Shown: positions 1 to 12,356 of the stretch, piece by piece
Numbering within the stretch: the first letter of the stretch is position 1
Layout of the letters: each line of letters opens with the position of its first letter
NCBI GenBank assembly: GCA_001949185.1
Contig: BDGG01000002.1
Coordinates: forward strand, 2,353,826 to 2,417,825
Direction of reading: 5' to 3'
From: Ramazzottius varieornatus
Lineage: Eukaryota > Animalia > Tardigrada
Length of the DNA: 64,000 nucleotides
Made by a program: the position numbers and the translations under genes
Notes under the pieces: model-generated
Seen by the model: the letters and a program-made list of their open reading frames with translations, nothing else
What the model was told of the DNA's origin: nothing
The model's database searches: none

Positions 1-149
1 ATGACGACATGTAACATACACGCATCTAACCCTACTTCAGTGGCGCACTTCCAGTTACATGATTCCCGAGAAATCGTGACTCAAGCTCGGAGATCTGCTA
101 TTATCTGTGAACTTGGCAGAAGGTTACTTCCAGATCACCAGAATCTAGG

Positions 150-356
150 AGCCTGGCTAGCCGGCTGACATTCGACGGACAAAAGCGATATGACTCCCGG
201 ACTACAGTGCAACTTCGGCACAGTGAGCACTAAGCAACAATGCATCAGGATTCCATGTCATCCACGATAGCCGCTATCTACCTGAAGCAGTCAAGCAGTC
301 TGCGCTGATTCCGCTGCGGATATCTGCGTTGGTTTCTTTAGCCGGCTAGCCAGACT
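150..356. mobile_element. Putative MITE (19-bp imperfect inverted repeat), probably in the last NAP1 intron
   Basis: 150-168 AGCCTGGCTAGCCGGCTGA matches the reverse complement of 338-356 (AGTCTGGCTAGCCGGCTAA) at 17/19. No clear TSD. Confidence 0.4.
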
Positions 357-1005
357 TGAAACAGTGGAAAGCTCTGCTGGAGTTGCTGAGGTAGGGATAT
401 TTGAACAAGAAAACAGACGTCCCTGGCGTTCAGTTAGCAGATATTTCCTTGATGTGCCTCCTTTGCCTTTCGCCCTCTCATGCGTGTTGTTGTCCCCTTT
501 GTGTCATGGGAAATGTTGAGGCTGGAGAGTCTGAGAGAGTTCAAGATAGTCAAGATACCGCGCAGTAACTTACAGAATCCAGATCCACTAATTCCAGTTT
601 TTATTCGCGATCGGCACAGCGAGCATTGCGATCTGAGAGTGCACAACGTGAGACCGCGAGGCGAAATCTTTCGCATGCACAGTTACCGACGGCACATTCA
701 GCTCTCATATGCTTGATTAGGAAGGAGTTGAATTGTCCAAATCTGGGACTGGAACCTGAGACTCACAAATATGAGGGCAGTTTATGAGACCAGACCTGTC
801 TTCGCAAACTCTATATTATGGCTTGGGCTGACCACGCTCTGCCTTTAATAGGACACTACCCGTAGGAAGAGTCGCACTCCGAATTGCAGTAGGATCCTGG
901 CGGCCTACAAGGTTGTAGTGCACTGAAGCTCCAGTAGGAATGGATTGTTCCTACGTGATTCAGATCAGTATCCGGTTGATTGATTTGATTTGTTGTATTT
1001 TGCAG

Positions 1006-1458
1006 CGGAATAAGAAGACAGGTGAACGCCGCCAAATCAAGACGGAGAAGGACTGCGAATCCTTCTTCAAATTCTTCATGCCAGCCGTGGAAGACCTGTC
1101 GACACTGAACAAGATTGGCGAGGGAGAAGGAGATGAAGCCGATGATGACGACTTGGCCGAGAAGGGCGAACAGGCCGAGATCGACTTTGAGATGGCCAGC
1201 GCCATTCGAACGCGCATCATCCCTCGCGCCCTGCTCATCTTCACCGGCCAGGACGACGACGAGGATGATGAGTATGACGATGAAGAGGATTTCGACGATG
1301 AAGAAGAGGACGGTGATGATGACGACGACGATGACGAGTCGGATGAATCGGACGATGCTGGCCCTTTCAAGAAACCCAACGCTCCTGGACAACAGGGAAA
1401 ACAAGGCCAAGGCGCGGTGGGCAACAACAAGCAGCAGAAAGGCCCTCGAAAATCCTAA
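1006..1458 (+). CDS. NAP1: Nucleosome assembly protein 1 family, terminal exon (5' part outside the window)
   Basis: Acceptor TTTTGCAG ends at 1005. Peptide has KTEKDCESFFKFF...EIDFEMASAIRTRIIPRALLIFTG followed by a long D/E tract, matching the NAP1 C-terminus. Confidence 0.9.
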   Translation, partial: RNKKTGERRQIKTEKDCESFFKFFMPAVEDLSTLNKIGEGEGDEADDDDLAEKGEQAEIDFEMASAIRTRIIPRALLIFTGQDDDEDDEYDDEEDFDDEEEDGDDDDDDDESDESDDAGPFKKPNAPGQQGKQGQGAVGNNKQQKGPRKS

Positions 1459-1927
1459 ACCTTTATACAGGTGAACCTCCAGCATGCAGTCTCCCTTTCT
1501 CTCGTTGCTCAATATTTTACTTCGTGTTTTTCAGGAATATTTACGGAGAGACTTTTGGACTTCAAAGAATTATGAGAGCTGTCATATTTTTTCGTAACTT
1601 CAGCTAGGTTTTCCGTACTGTCGTCTCTGCTTTGAAGCGTTTGCATGAATATTTCTCCGCTTCCCTGTTGTAATATCGTCGAGAATAACTTTTCCAGAAG
1701 TACGAATCGCTTTCTCTCTTTTGCTTTTCTTGTGTTCGACACGATTGAACTTCAGTGGAGATGTGGTTCCGAAAGTCGCAGGTGTTGCTAAGCTGGTAAG
1801 GAGGTAGGCTGGTTCTACAGAGAAGGAATTGGAAGACGACTAGTTTAGGACTCTCTGGTTAGAAGTTTGAGATGCTTGGACTACGGGGAGTTTGCTGTGG
1901 TACGAAGTAGGAAGCGGAAGATAGAAA

Positions 1928-4900
1928 ATGGAAGGCCATGCTGGATTGATCAGTCATGCCTACCCCGGTATCAAGCAGACGCACAATGAAATACCCGAAG
2001 CACACAAGATGGACCACAGCATGGATCCATCAGGTCCGGCTTTCTCTACTGACCCGGAAGTCGAAGGCTGGATACATAATCCTACATTGACGGACGTGAA
2101 TGAGCAAAGAACCGAGGACGAACGTCAACTGGTACGTTTTTGTACTTTGCTCACATTCGGTCTCACACCTGCATAGAGTGAGCGCACTTGTGTCTGCGGT
2201 CTAGATGTACCTATGTGAGTGCACCGGAAGTCCTCACACGCAGCGCATGGCATTGGCCTCCTCTAAAACTCCGCTTCTCTGCAGGACTTTGATATCCTCA
2301 AGTATCTGCAATCCATCAACGTGTCTAATCCTCAAGTGATGCGTCGCTTCATCCTAGCTTGTATGGAGAAAAACGTGACGGAGAATGACCTGCTGTGGAT
2401 GTACCACATGCGCGATACTCCACAGAACGGTACACTTCCGCCTCCGATCTTCGTCGCGATCACAAAACAACATTTGAAAGACAACACCCAACTAACAATC
2501 GATGCGGATTACGATGTCTTGGCAGAATGTTACACTGTAGCCTTCGGTGTCCAGCCGTCAAATGGCGCTAAAGCCGTGCCGGTCAACGTGGTCCGCTACG
2601 TCAACCTGTGCAACGACTTGTTCAGCTGGCGCATCTTGAACCACAACTACAGGGAGTTCCCTCTCCGACAGCTCTACCCCCGATATCGGTAAGGAATATC
2701 TGTGAATTCTGATCAGCAGAAACTTGCAGGCCATTAAGTAGCCATACATTCCTATTGAACGTCAAGCTGATGCAGAGTGCTGCAGTAAGTTTCAATATTT
2801 CTGCGTGGACTAAGTAGGGTGTACCTCGAGTAGAAGTTTCGCAACCGACAATAATATAAAGCTTTTCAGGTATCCGCAAAAGGAGAATTATCCACGACCA
2901 CTGCAGGGTGACTGGCACGAAGATACTCCTCGACGGGAATCTCATCAACTACCCATCATGACGTTCGAGGAAATCAAGACTATCCCAGTTTTGTTACAGC
3001 GTATTGCGCAAGCAGCTTATGAACATCACCGCTACGATGCCCTCTGTAAACGGTTCGAGCATCTCGAGAAACTCAAGGTTTGTCCTCCAACCGTTTCTCC
3101 ACGCTTTGTCTCATCAGACAGTGTCTTCCCTTCACTTTTATTTTCCTCAGGATGACAAGACAATAGCCTGTGGGGTAGTCCCACACGATTATGTCCGACA
3201 AGCCATAGCGGAACTGGCGCCTCTTCGTTTACTGGACAAGGATATCGAAAGCCTTTGCTTCTATTACGAACACCCGTTTATCCTTCATTTCTTTCGCTAC
3301 ATTGATTTCCTCAAAGATGTCAAGTACGGTGAGTCTACTTGAAGGGCGGATTTGTATTTCCACAACGAAACTTACTTTGAATATTTCTCGTATTTTAGAA
3401 ATGGCACTAATTGACCGGAAGTACGAAGAGACCCCAAAAGAAACCCGTTTAACGTCAATCCTGAACGTACTCAAACGTTACGTCCACAATTCCGGCTTGA
3501 ACTTCAATGAACCCTTCAGGGACTTTGATACGTTTGGCAAGAATCTGTTGAACATGTCGCAGATGAAACGAGCGTTGCATGTCCTCCGCATCGGACCTGG
3601 TCAACGCTGTGACGTCAGCGAAGAAGATATTGATTTTCTGCTGAAGCACTACGTTGAACCGACTGCGGAAAGACATGTTAACTACAAGAAGCTGACTGAC
3701 GATCTGATGCGAGGTCGGTAAGTACTCTCTTCAACCATGCATCAAATTCCATCATATCAAAGGCAAATTGCATGACTTGTGTTCTTGCGCTGTAGTGTTT
3801 GTGGAAAAGTTCTACCCTGGAGGGAGACTGGCGATGGTGATGGAGAGCTTCGAGCCAAACCTAGCTCGTGGACCGTACTATCCCCCACGAGCACCACTTT
3901 TGACCAAGGAAGACATCCTGACAAAGCCGATAAGCGACCCGGATAAACTGGTGCATGCCTTGAACCGGCTGAAGATGCTGGTGGTCGAACGACGAATGCA
4001 TCTCGAGCAAATATTCCGAGTCTTCGATCCGTAAGCACTTCGATTCTTTGGCCGAGTCCGGCCTAGAGTTTCGTCCGCGTTCGTTTTACAGGCATAGTAT
4101 TCGCTATGTGCAGAATGTCCGGACGGTCTCTCGAATCCTTCAGCTGGCCACGTTACAAGTTTCACCGGAAGAATGCGACTTGATCATTGAAAGGTACGTA
4201 GGAGCCGATTATAAGCCTTTCTGTACTGCATGTTGCGCATGCCTTTGGTTCTGACAGATTTTCGGACGCGAAAGGTTTCCGGTACCTTGAGTTCCTCCAA
4301 GCCATCGATACCCAGTCATACGGACAGAGCCTTCCGACCTACCCCATCACGGTGGCCACCATGGAGCGATGGAAGAATAAGCGGGCTTGGTACCCGGAAG
4401 TAACGCCACAGAACGCGTATCAGAACTACCAAGGACCGGAGGCCGTGGTTGAGAAATGCCGAAGGAAGGTGTCTATCGATCGATTGCGTGTCTCCGACTT
4501 CTTCGTTGACTACGATACCCACCATCGTGGTGTCATCACACGGAAGCAGTTTCGACGGTGTACCACCATGATGGGCTTTCAGCTATCACCTATGGAAAAC
4601 CTCATCCTTGAAAATCAGTAAGCCTCGTTTCGGGAAAGAATGGATCGCCAAATTAGAAACCAGGCAAAGTTTCGTATGGCGAGCGTTTTGAACTACCTTT
4701 TTTTCTATCAATAATAGGGTAATATTTCAGTAACGTGTAGAGCCGATTACGTTCCTGCAGGTATGTTTATCCACGCGACTTGAATCTCCTCGACTATTCC
4801 AAGTTCGTGTGGGATATGGATCTGGTCTATGCACCGAAAGATGTCAGTGAGAAGCCGGCGCTGATACCAGAACCATACAAGTTTCAGAAAGTCTCTGATC

Positions 4901-5370
4901 GGAAGCCGGTCAGCGACGCGGAAGTGGCGCTTGCACAAGAAGGCTTCCATAAACTGGCCGAGAAGGTAAAACTGAGATCTTTTGTCAAATTTCATGGGCT
5001 TGGATTTATTGTCATTCCTCTCGTAGATACTGGAAGCAAGAATCCACATTATACCTTACTTCGTGGACTTTGATCCATGGAAGCGGGGCGGTATCTCAGC
5101 GAACCGGTTCAGACGCATCATCAATGCTTTGGGCTTGGATGTTCTTTCGGAAGTCGAATGGGTAAGTACCGTCGGGATCTTGTCTTGACGGAGTTTCGGC
5201 TGATAGAATTTTCGTTTTTCCAGCGAGCCTTCCTCAAGTACTTTGCGAGAGCCAGCACCGACTATTTTGACTACCGAGCTTTCATGGACAAAGTCAGACT
5301 CAGCGCTGATAAGCGAGAAAGAAATCTCTTTGACGATCCACGGATGGGTCCTCTTAAAGCTAGCCCTTGA
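1928..5370 (+). CDS. Multi-EF-hand protein (EFCAB6-like, degenerate EF-hands), about 11 exons
   Basis: Approximate GT-AG exons 1928-2131, 2285-2688, 2870-3077, 3151-3327, 3399-3717, 3795-4030, ~4091-4193, 4258-4617, 4761-4965, 5027-5161, 5224-5370. Repeated motifs FRDFDTFGKNLLNMSQMKRAL, FVDYDTHHRGVITRKQFRRC and FVDFDPWKRGGISANRFRRI. Confidence 0.7.
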
Positions 5371-5735
5371 GTGCAATGAATTTCTAGACATGTAGACAAT
5401 TCACAAGCAAATTTTACTTTGCCTCTTGTAAGTCGAAAATTGGAATGATAATAAACAGAGCCCATGATCATGAGGATTTTGTTTCTGCCGCGGTCTGTTG
5501 AACCACGCCACTTCTAGACGTCGACCTCTCTTTTCCGAGCTGGACATCAATGTGCGGACCTGATCATCTCGAAATCAACAGTGGATGGCCGATCCCGGTA
5601 TCTTTTGTTGTAGGCGTGACACGTTTGGTAAGCCTTCAGATTAACGAAACTGAAGACAGGGTTGACTATTGCTCGTCCGTCAGCGAGATTCCCAAGAAGA
5701 GCTCGGCAGCAGAGAAATGGGCATCCGTCAGCCAC

Positions 5736-5999
5736 TATAGAAGGCTCGGCGAAGCTGAAATAAGCCGCTTTAGCCGTTCTCTGCCGTGGCTAAAAATATT
5801 TTAGCCGCGGCTAAAATGTATTGTGCTTTTGATTTATTGATGTTGAGTCGGCTAAAATAGTTTTGGCATCAATAAATCATTCGAACGCACAATACATTCT
5901 AGCCGTGGCTGAAAGTACTTTAGCTGCTATTTTAAATATTTTTAGCCACGGCTAAGAACGGCTAAAACGACTTTTTCTAGCTTCGCTGAGTCTTCTATA
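5736..5999. mobile_element. Foldback MITE with long TIRs and an 8-bp TSD
   Basis: Ends TATAGAAG(G/A)CTC(G/A)GCGAAGCT are inverted over more than 60 bp, with internal TTTAGCC/GGCTAAA repeats. Direct repeat TCAGCCAC at 5728-5735 and 6000-6007. Confidence 0.85.
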
Positions 6000-7833
6000 T
6001 CAGCCACTGCAACAAGTAATCCATGTTTACTATGCTTGGGTCTGTCTACCATTATCGCGTTGCGGGGTTAGAGAGATCTATGACGCACAGCGATGGGAGA
6101 TGGGCATCAAAATGTTACCATGGTTCTCTTTTAGCGTCGCTCACGGTTCGAACTTTTGTGGTGGTTTTTCTCTGTCAAAACATACGATATCTCGCTTAGA
6201 ATTCTTTTATAGAGTTTCCGTGCTGTCATCGGTAGCAATGTGTCACCGGAGTGCCTGTGGCGACTCTCGGTGTTATGTTAAGTCATGCCATGTCAGGTAA
6301 GTTTGTGGCAAGAGAGCCTCTGGGCATTCCCAGCTTCCCAGCTGTGGATGCCTTGCAAGGCATCGTGCCAAGGCTTACGAAAATCTGTTCTCTCTTTTGC
6401 TTGTGCCTAACGGTCTTGCTCTTGATTGACTCACGTTGATTGTTCGGATGTAGTATCTTCCCCGTGTTGCATCCTGTTTCCGTGTTCCCTTTACGCCCCG
6501 AGCTCGCTGGTGGCGTCTCTGAGAGGTTTGTTGAGGATTGGCTAGAAGTCTGATCAACTTCCGGCTTGATTCTTCCTGTTACTTGCTAGGGCTAGTTGCC
6601 GGGAATGCCTGCGGTCGCAGGGCGAGAGCCTCGTTGTCTGTCGGTGCAGAGCCGAGCACTTGTCGAGTAACACTGAACTTGCAGGAAGAACGATAGCTTT
6701 CTGAAGGTGTTACGTTGACTCCGTTAAAAAATGTGTCTGCTGTCGGTTTGTTCTCGTGACCGGAGAGGGCAAAAAGACGAACTTTGCGTTCTTTCCGGGG
6801 TGCGCAAAGTAAGTGATGGTACTCACTACTCTTATTTTTCGCCTTCCCCATTTCGTTCAAGTGGACAGTAAGACTTTAGGGAGGCACGTCTCAGTCCTGT
6901 GAGAGTTACACAACAGTTTGATCGGGATCGGGTTTGACATGATCGGTCAGCAGATTGTTGTTCTTTCTCGATTTCAACCTTCCGTAAAGGTAACTTTTGA
7001 ACGAAAAATCTCCAGAACGAAACCTATCAACCCAACCATCCACGGTAAAATTTCTGCCGTACCCCAGAACTGAGAAACTTGAATCAATAAAGAGATGGGA
7101 TTTGGTGAACTACCAGAAATACCTGTTCAGAACTAACGGACGAGACGGAGCAGAACTATGAATTTTTGAAGTCAAGGTATTTTAAGGGAGACAAGTCGTA
7201 CTTCCGCACCTAATAGTACTAGTCCTTCTCTTTTACAGTATCGAGGTTGTCCTCCCTGTGTTCTCGTTTGTGCGTACGGATGTAATGATCCTGAGTCGAT
7301 CCGCGTGGGATTATGCGATTCTCAATTATGTTAATCGAAAGTAGGGATCAAAAATTGTCACACCGGCGAGCATGTTTGATTTTCTAAGAATACAATAAAC
7401 AGCTCCCATTCGAAAGTGTCGGGCGTACGGTATTAAATTTTTTAATAAGGAAGCTTGTATTTAGATGCCTGCTCCCGGCTTTTGTCGTGGCCTTCCAGCA
7501 CCACCTGCTGGGACCACATCGGTCAATGTACTGATTTTCATATCCGTAGAGTGCTGACGTCCAGGAACGGGGTGTACTGTCCGCCCGACGGGCACTGTCC
7601 ACTCACACAGACAAGCGCTGTTCCGCCACGTTTCAGAATCACATGCCCGCACCAAACGTTTGCAGTCCGGTGGGCGGTACACTGTCCAGGTTGGCTGTTC
7701 CCAATAGCATTCGCCAAACCACGAAGTGAAAATTTTACTCGATCTACTGTTCACTATCCTAAGTGACAAGTTGCGTGTTGTAGTTTTACGCGGCGATAAA
7801 CTAACTAACGCTTTTTTTCGCCGTTACGTGGTA

Positions 7834-9532
7834 CAAGTGGCTGGCCTAATGATTGGCATGGACAAAAGCATTGGCAGCACGGACTGGCGGCAGTTTAACG
7901 CAAAGAATGTTATATCGGGACAGAAAGTAGCCTTGTGACGTCAGGAAGTGAAAATTTAGCAATGCGCTTTTCATTGTATAATGTCATTTCAAATTCTGTA
8001 TTTCTTCATAAGTTGGTTTCCCGATCTCGATTCTTGAGTAACCTAACCCTGAAACATGTCGGAAGGTTTCAAGATCAAGAGACGCCGGAAGTACACCGAG
8101 GAATATCTGCAAGATGCAGTTCGCGCAGTGGCGGACGGGATGTCAGTTCGGAAAGCTTCGCTTACGTTTTGTGTGCCGCGAGGAACGATCATCAACTACG
8201 AGAAATCCCCCATAGCTCAGCAGCTTGGCCGAAAGACAAAGCTGGATCCGACAGAGGAGGCTCTACTGGTGGACATGTTGAGTGGCTTTGGGAACAATGG
8301 ATTCCCCATAAATAAGCATAATCTGCGTACTAATCTGCCGTAGCATAATCTGCCGAACGCGCTACAGAAGGTATTGTGCTCTTTGTATGAACAAAATCTG
8401 TTACTTGATAGTGCGTGAAATGTCTCTTTCTGATCCGAGGTACTTCACGGGCAATGGAGTAAGCCTTTATTTTTTCGTAGTGCATCGTTCTCTTCGATGG
8501 ATATTACAGCCACGTCAACAATGCTCAGCTGTTCAAGTTATGCAGGGACTCCGGGAAGTATATCAAGCTTATTTGTTTACCTGCGGGACAAACGGATAAG
8601 TTACAGCCGTTGGACAACTGTGCGTTTGGATGTATGAAAGAGAAGTGAAAGAACTACAAGGCTTCCAGACGTCTTGATCCCACTTTCGAGGCAAGTTACA
8701 TTCGCTGAAGTTCTGTCCGGAGCACCTGAAACGATTCGTTGAACTGTGGATAAGAGGTTAGTGGCCCAAGATGCACCTGTATCACCGATGCTGACTAAAG
8801 AGAGCTCGCCAATGAGAGACGTGGCCGATATTCTTCGCTCGAGGGTTGGCAGGGACGATGACAAGATTAATGCAAGCATCGAGTCCATCGTGAGCATCTA
8901 CGCCGGCCATAAGACAGCTACGGAGACGGTAGTAGCCGCAGCAAGTAAGGCTTTCTCATTCTCCAAACCGAAGAAACAAAGAAAACCGAAGGATCAAAGA
9001 CTCGCTCTCGACAAAGGCCGAAACGTTCTTGATAGCGAGTACGTGGAGGCAGTCGAGGAACGAAATCGCGCACGGCTGGCTTTAAAGGTGTCAAAGATAG
9101 CCAAACCTTCGGAAACAGCCGATGAAGTGCCTAAGAAACGCGGGAGACCTAAGACTGCCCAAATCGACTTGCCAGTGGCCGTCAAGAAAAGAACGCGATA
9201 TCAGTCTGCTAAAGCAGATTTACCCGTCGCTTCAAAGAAAGGCAGGTCGAAGAAGGCCAAAAACTGAGATTGTGACGTAGCCTTGAGCTCACTGAATGAT
9301 AGTTGTTTCCTACCTCAAATATATGGAAAGCCAAGTGTACGGAAAGATTGGGTTTTAAAATGATTGGGAAGTTCTCTGTGAAAGATTCGGTTATCCGAGC
9401 GGGATGTAAAGGGGCAACGTATGGTGAAAGCCAGTTTGTTTCAACTGTAAGCGAATACAGCCGGCGGAGCCGCTGTTTCGGAAATCACTTGCCAATGCTT
9501 TTGTCCATGCCAATCATTAGGCCAGCCACGTG
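7834..9532 (+). mobile_element. Internally deleted pogo-like (Tc1/mariner superfamily) DNA transposon
   Basis: TIRs of about 43 bp, CA(A/C)GTGGCTGGCCTAATGATTGGCATGGACAAAAGCATTGGCA, with TA TSD at 7832-33 and 9533-34. Encloses transposase remnants. Confidence 0.92.
8056..9267 (+). pseudogene. Disrupted pogo-type transposase (psq HTH, CENP-B HTH start, partial DDD domain, basic C-terminus)
   Basis: 8056-8343 encodes KYTEEYLQDAVRAVADGMSVRKASLTFCVPRGTI and EEALLVDML. From 8481 it reads CIVLFDGYYSH...LICLPAGQTDKLQPLD, followed by in-frame stops. 8746-9267 is a K-rich tail containing PKKRGRPK. Confidence 0.85.
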
Positions 9533-10081
9533 TACAGGAAACTGACATATGTGTCTCACTCGCAAGGTAAACGTTCCGGGGACCTCAGCAGCAGTACTCC
9601 GTTGTGGAGTCATGAATTTGGAGTCATGAATTTAAATGAAATACCAACGTTGTGCATTTTTTCATCATCGACGCGTATACGGACAAACTGATTTGCAATC
9701 TCACAAGTCCAACATATCGCATGCCATACAACCCCAAATTGAAAATAATCGAGTAGGGTGTTTAAGATTTCCCGGAACAGGCAGGACACCGATGATGATT
9801 AATTTATGTATAGCAACAAGTTACCACACACAAGCAGGAGAAAGGACACTATGGAACAATCGACTTTATATTACGGAGAAAGCTTGAGACGTCATGTATC
9901 ATGAGGCCCTCAGTTGATCTTTCATTCGGGTAAAATTTTGTCCAGAGTTGACGCGCGCGTATTCTGTTCCTTTTTTACTGGATCTTCGCAAGGAGCCACT
10001 AGGTCAGTCTGTCAAGTTTTCTCCTAAAAAATCAATCGTTTATAGAGAAACAAATAAGTTGTGGGATTTTCGTAGCCTTAC

Positions 10082-11992
10082 GTTCGAAGATAAACGAAGG
10101 AGCTTTATCTAGCAATATCAAAGCAACCCATGCACCAGCGGCTGCCTCTATACGACCACCAGATCCTACCCTTGAATAAAACCACATTATTCAACAGACA
10201 ACGACTCAAGTACAGCACTACGTTGAAGTATATCGTTGAAGTATACATCGGTTTACCGAGTTCCCTGCACGCTGCGTCTTGCCCGTCAAAGCCGCACTTA
10301 GGGCGGTTAGGTGGAGGCCAAACTGGACCCGGCCAGTGAAGCGGCTGCACTTCTCGAATATCAAGTGGCTCCACTTGGATCCTCAGTATCAACTGCAAGT
10401 TGTTGGCCAACACTCGTCAGTAAGTTCTTAACCGGTTTAGCTTTGAAAGCTCAGTCAAGTTTTCCGTGACAGACCAGAGGCATTGAAAGTGTTTTTGCGC
10501 ACCTGGAGAGCATCGTCGGGATAATATTGCTGTAGAATGATGTTGGTTCCAGCGAGAGCGCCGTGCTCATCCAGGCTGAACTTCCCAGTGCGCAAGGTAA
10601 ATGTTCGACTATTGAACGCCCGAGCGAAGTTCCTGCCGTCTTCTAGTAAGTGAGACTGATTACGGTGCAGAAACTCTTGGACGACCTACAAAACAACGGA
10701 CAGGCAATAAATGGGTTTCGGATCTTCCTGACGTAGCCGTTTGACCAGGGGTCGGTTAGCCAAATGGCTTCAGCTCCATGTCCCTCGGCGCGGGTTACAT
10801 GTTACCTCATCAGCAGTTGAGAAAAGCCACTGGGGTGCCAACACTTCAAAACCGTTTCCTGAACAATCGCGTTGTTAGCCAATGTTCCGGAAATTGGGCC
10901 GCCGCCGAAACCCAGATAACAAGGACAGGAGACGCCTATGCGTTTCAAATGCTCGAGGTGATCTGTGTCGTGTTGGAATTTACCTGCGCGGTCGACAAGA
11001 ACATGGCGTATGCTGCAGTCAGATGAAAGTTCTACAAAACAGTTGTGTCACAGGTTTGCTTGTCAGATTTATCCGAAATATGAGCGGCTTTGGCTGCAAC
11101 TCACTACAGTCTCCAGAGAATAAGAGATATTGTATCTATCACGGCTGGCATTACGCCATTGTTCTTTCAAGAAGTATAGATCCGACCCGTATAGGGTGGA
11201 TAATCGCCTATCGTATCTTTCTCCAGAAATAGAACCGCTCTGTATACATCTTTCACCGTCTGGGAAAAAAGCAATGACGCAGAAACCCAGACCTGCGAAG
11301 ATAATCTCTGCGGGGATTCTTACCACGTCGTCCTTTTGCCCGTATCGCCAGTTTTAGTTTCCGAATACTGGATGACGGAGTATAATGAAACAGATGTGAA
11401 CCTGCGCAGTGAACAAGTGTCCACTTAGTCGTCTTATTTTCAAGCAGACTGTCTGGGCCTGGTTCTTACGAAATCTCCTTGCGTCATGTTGGCAGACTGT
11501 GCCGCCATCTGTACAATTGGAGAAATTAATTTTCAACGTCGAGCGGTAGTTTTCTAAAGCCGTTTCCTACCATAAGTTTCCTCAGCGTTCCGCCCAACAC
11601 CATGTAGATAATTACTATAAAAAAGTCAGCGAGTTGGTAAAAGGCCAGCGGAAACATTGATTTTCGACGTGTTGTGTGTGCTGCGTATACTGCACGGTCC
11701 TGTACCTCGGGTTTTGAATTTCAAATTTTTAGCAGCGAACCCACTGAGTTGAATCATTGTATCAGATTTTTCTGTTACAGTTTCGTGGAAAAATTTCCCA
11801 GATTTTCTCTCAACCTTCCGATTCGAACCGATTCGACCATTTGTTACGAAGACTAAGTTAGTGCACAAAATTTCACAATAAAATGCAGCATGGAAAATAA
11901 GAGGCAGCATCAGATTACCATCTTCCAAAATAAACCACACAGAAATGATTAGTAAAATCTATGCGTTGTCGCTCATCACGTCTGCAGCAGAT
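10082..11992 (-). pseudogene. ANF-receptor / receptor guanylyl-cyclase-type ectodomain pseudogene (5' part not found)
   Basis: Exons parallel the gene at 52366-58700: IIYMVLGGTLRKLM, MAAQSANMTQGDF, PVFGN*NWRYGQKDD (in-frame TAA), TVKDVYRAVLFLE (frameshift near 11190), NFHLTAAYAMFLSTAQ, DGRNFARAFNSRTFTLRTGKFSLDEHG (10503-10685), WPGPVWPPPNRPKCGFDG. Confidence 0.8.
10705..10921. mobile_element. Degraded MITE, same family as 43758-44047
   Basis: 10801-10915 aligns with 43784-43841 plus 43988-44040. Ends are TGGGTTTCGG and CCGAAACCCA. Confidence 0.65.
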
Positions 11993-12356
11993 CTACAGGG
12001 AACACTGGGATACATGAACCAGAAATGCTACAGTGGAGATAAGAATAAAATAAAAAAGTCAACTTTCTCGTCACAAATTTTCTTCAAAACGAAAACGGAA
12101 AAGATCAGCGGAAATACATGAATTTGTAGTGAACTAAAATGATCGTAACCTGTGTGCAAAGAAATCATAAGGAAAATCACAGCCGGTGCAATTTCGTAGG
12201 ACCCGTGTGAAACAGCGTTCTTCACCAGTCTACCAACCGCGTTACTGCGCGAGGTACACTTTGCTCCTGCAAACTAGCGTATTTCATGGCTATCTAAACA
12301 GTGTCATTACGCCACTCAGACTATTCGCTGTTCAGCTATCATCAATCAAGACAAAG

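Noticed and set aside
856-1512. Long antisense or alternative-frame ORFs (poly-Ser, hydrophobic) over NAP1; likewise 12186-12876 over XPR1
   Set aside because: These are shadows of GAT/GAC-rich acidic coding tracts.
2205-2214. 10-nt micro-exon flanked by AG and GTGAGT
   Set aside because: It would shift the frame, and direct 2131->2285 splicing is already in frame. Unresolved without RNA data.
6579-7769. Short ORFs including a Cys/Trp-rich one at 7461-7769
   Set aside because: No homology or consistent splice structure could be supported.
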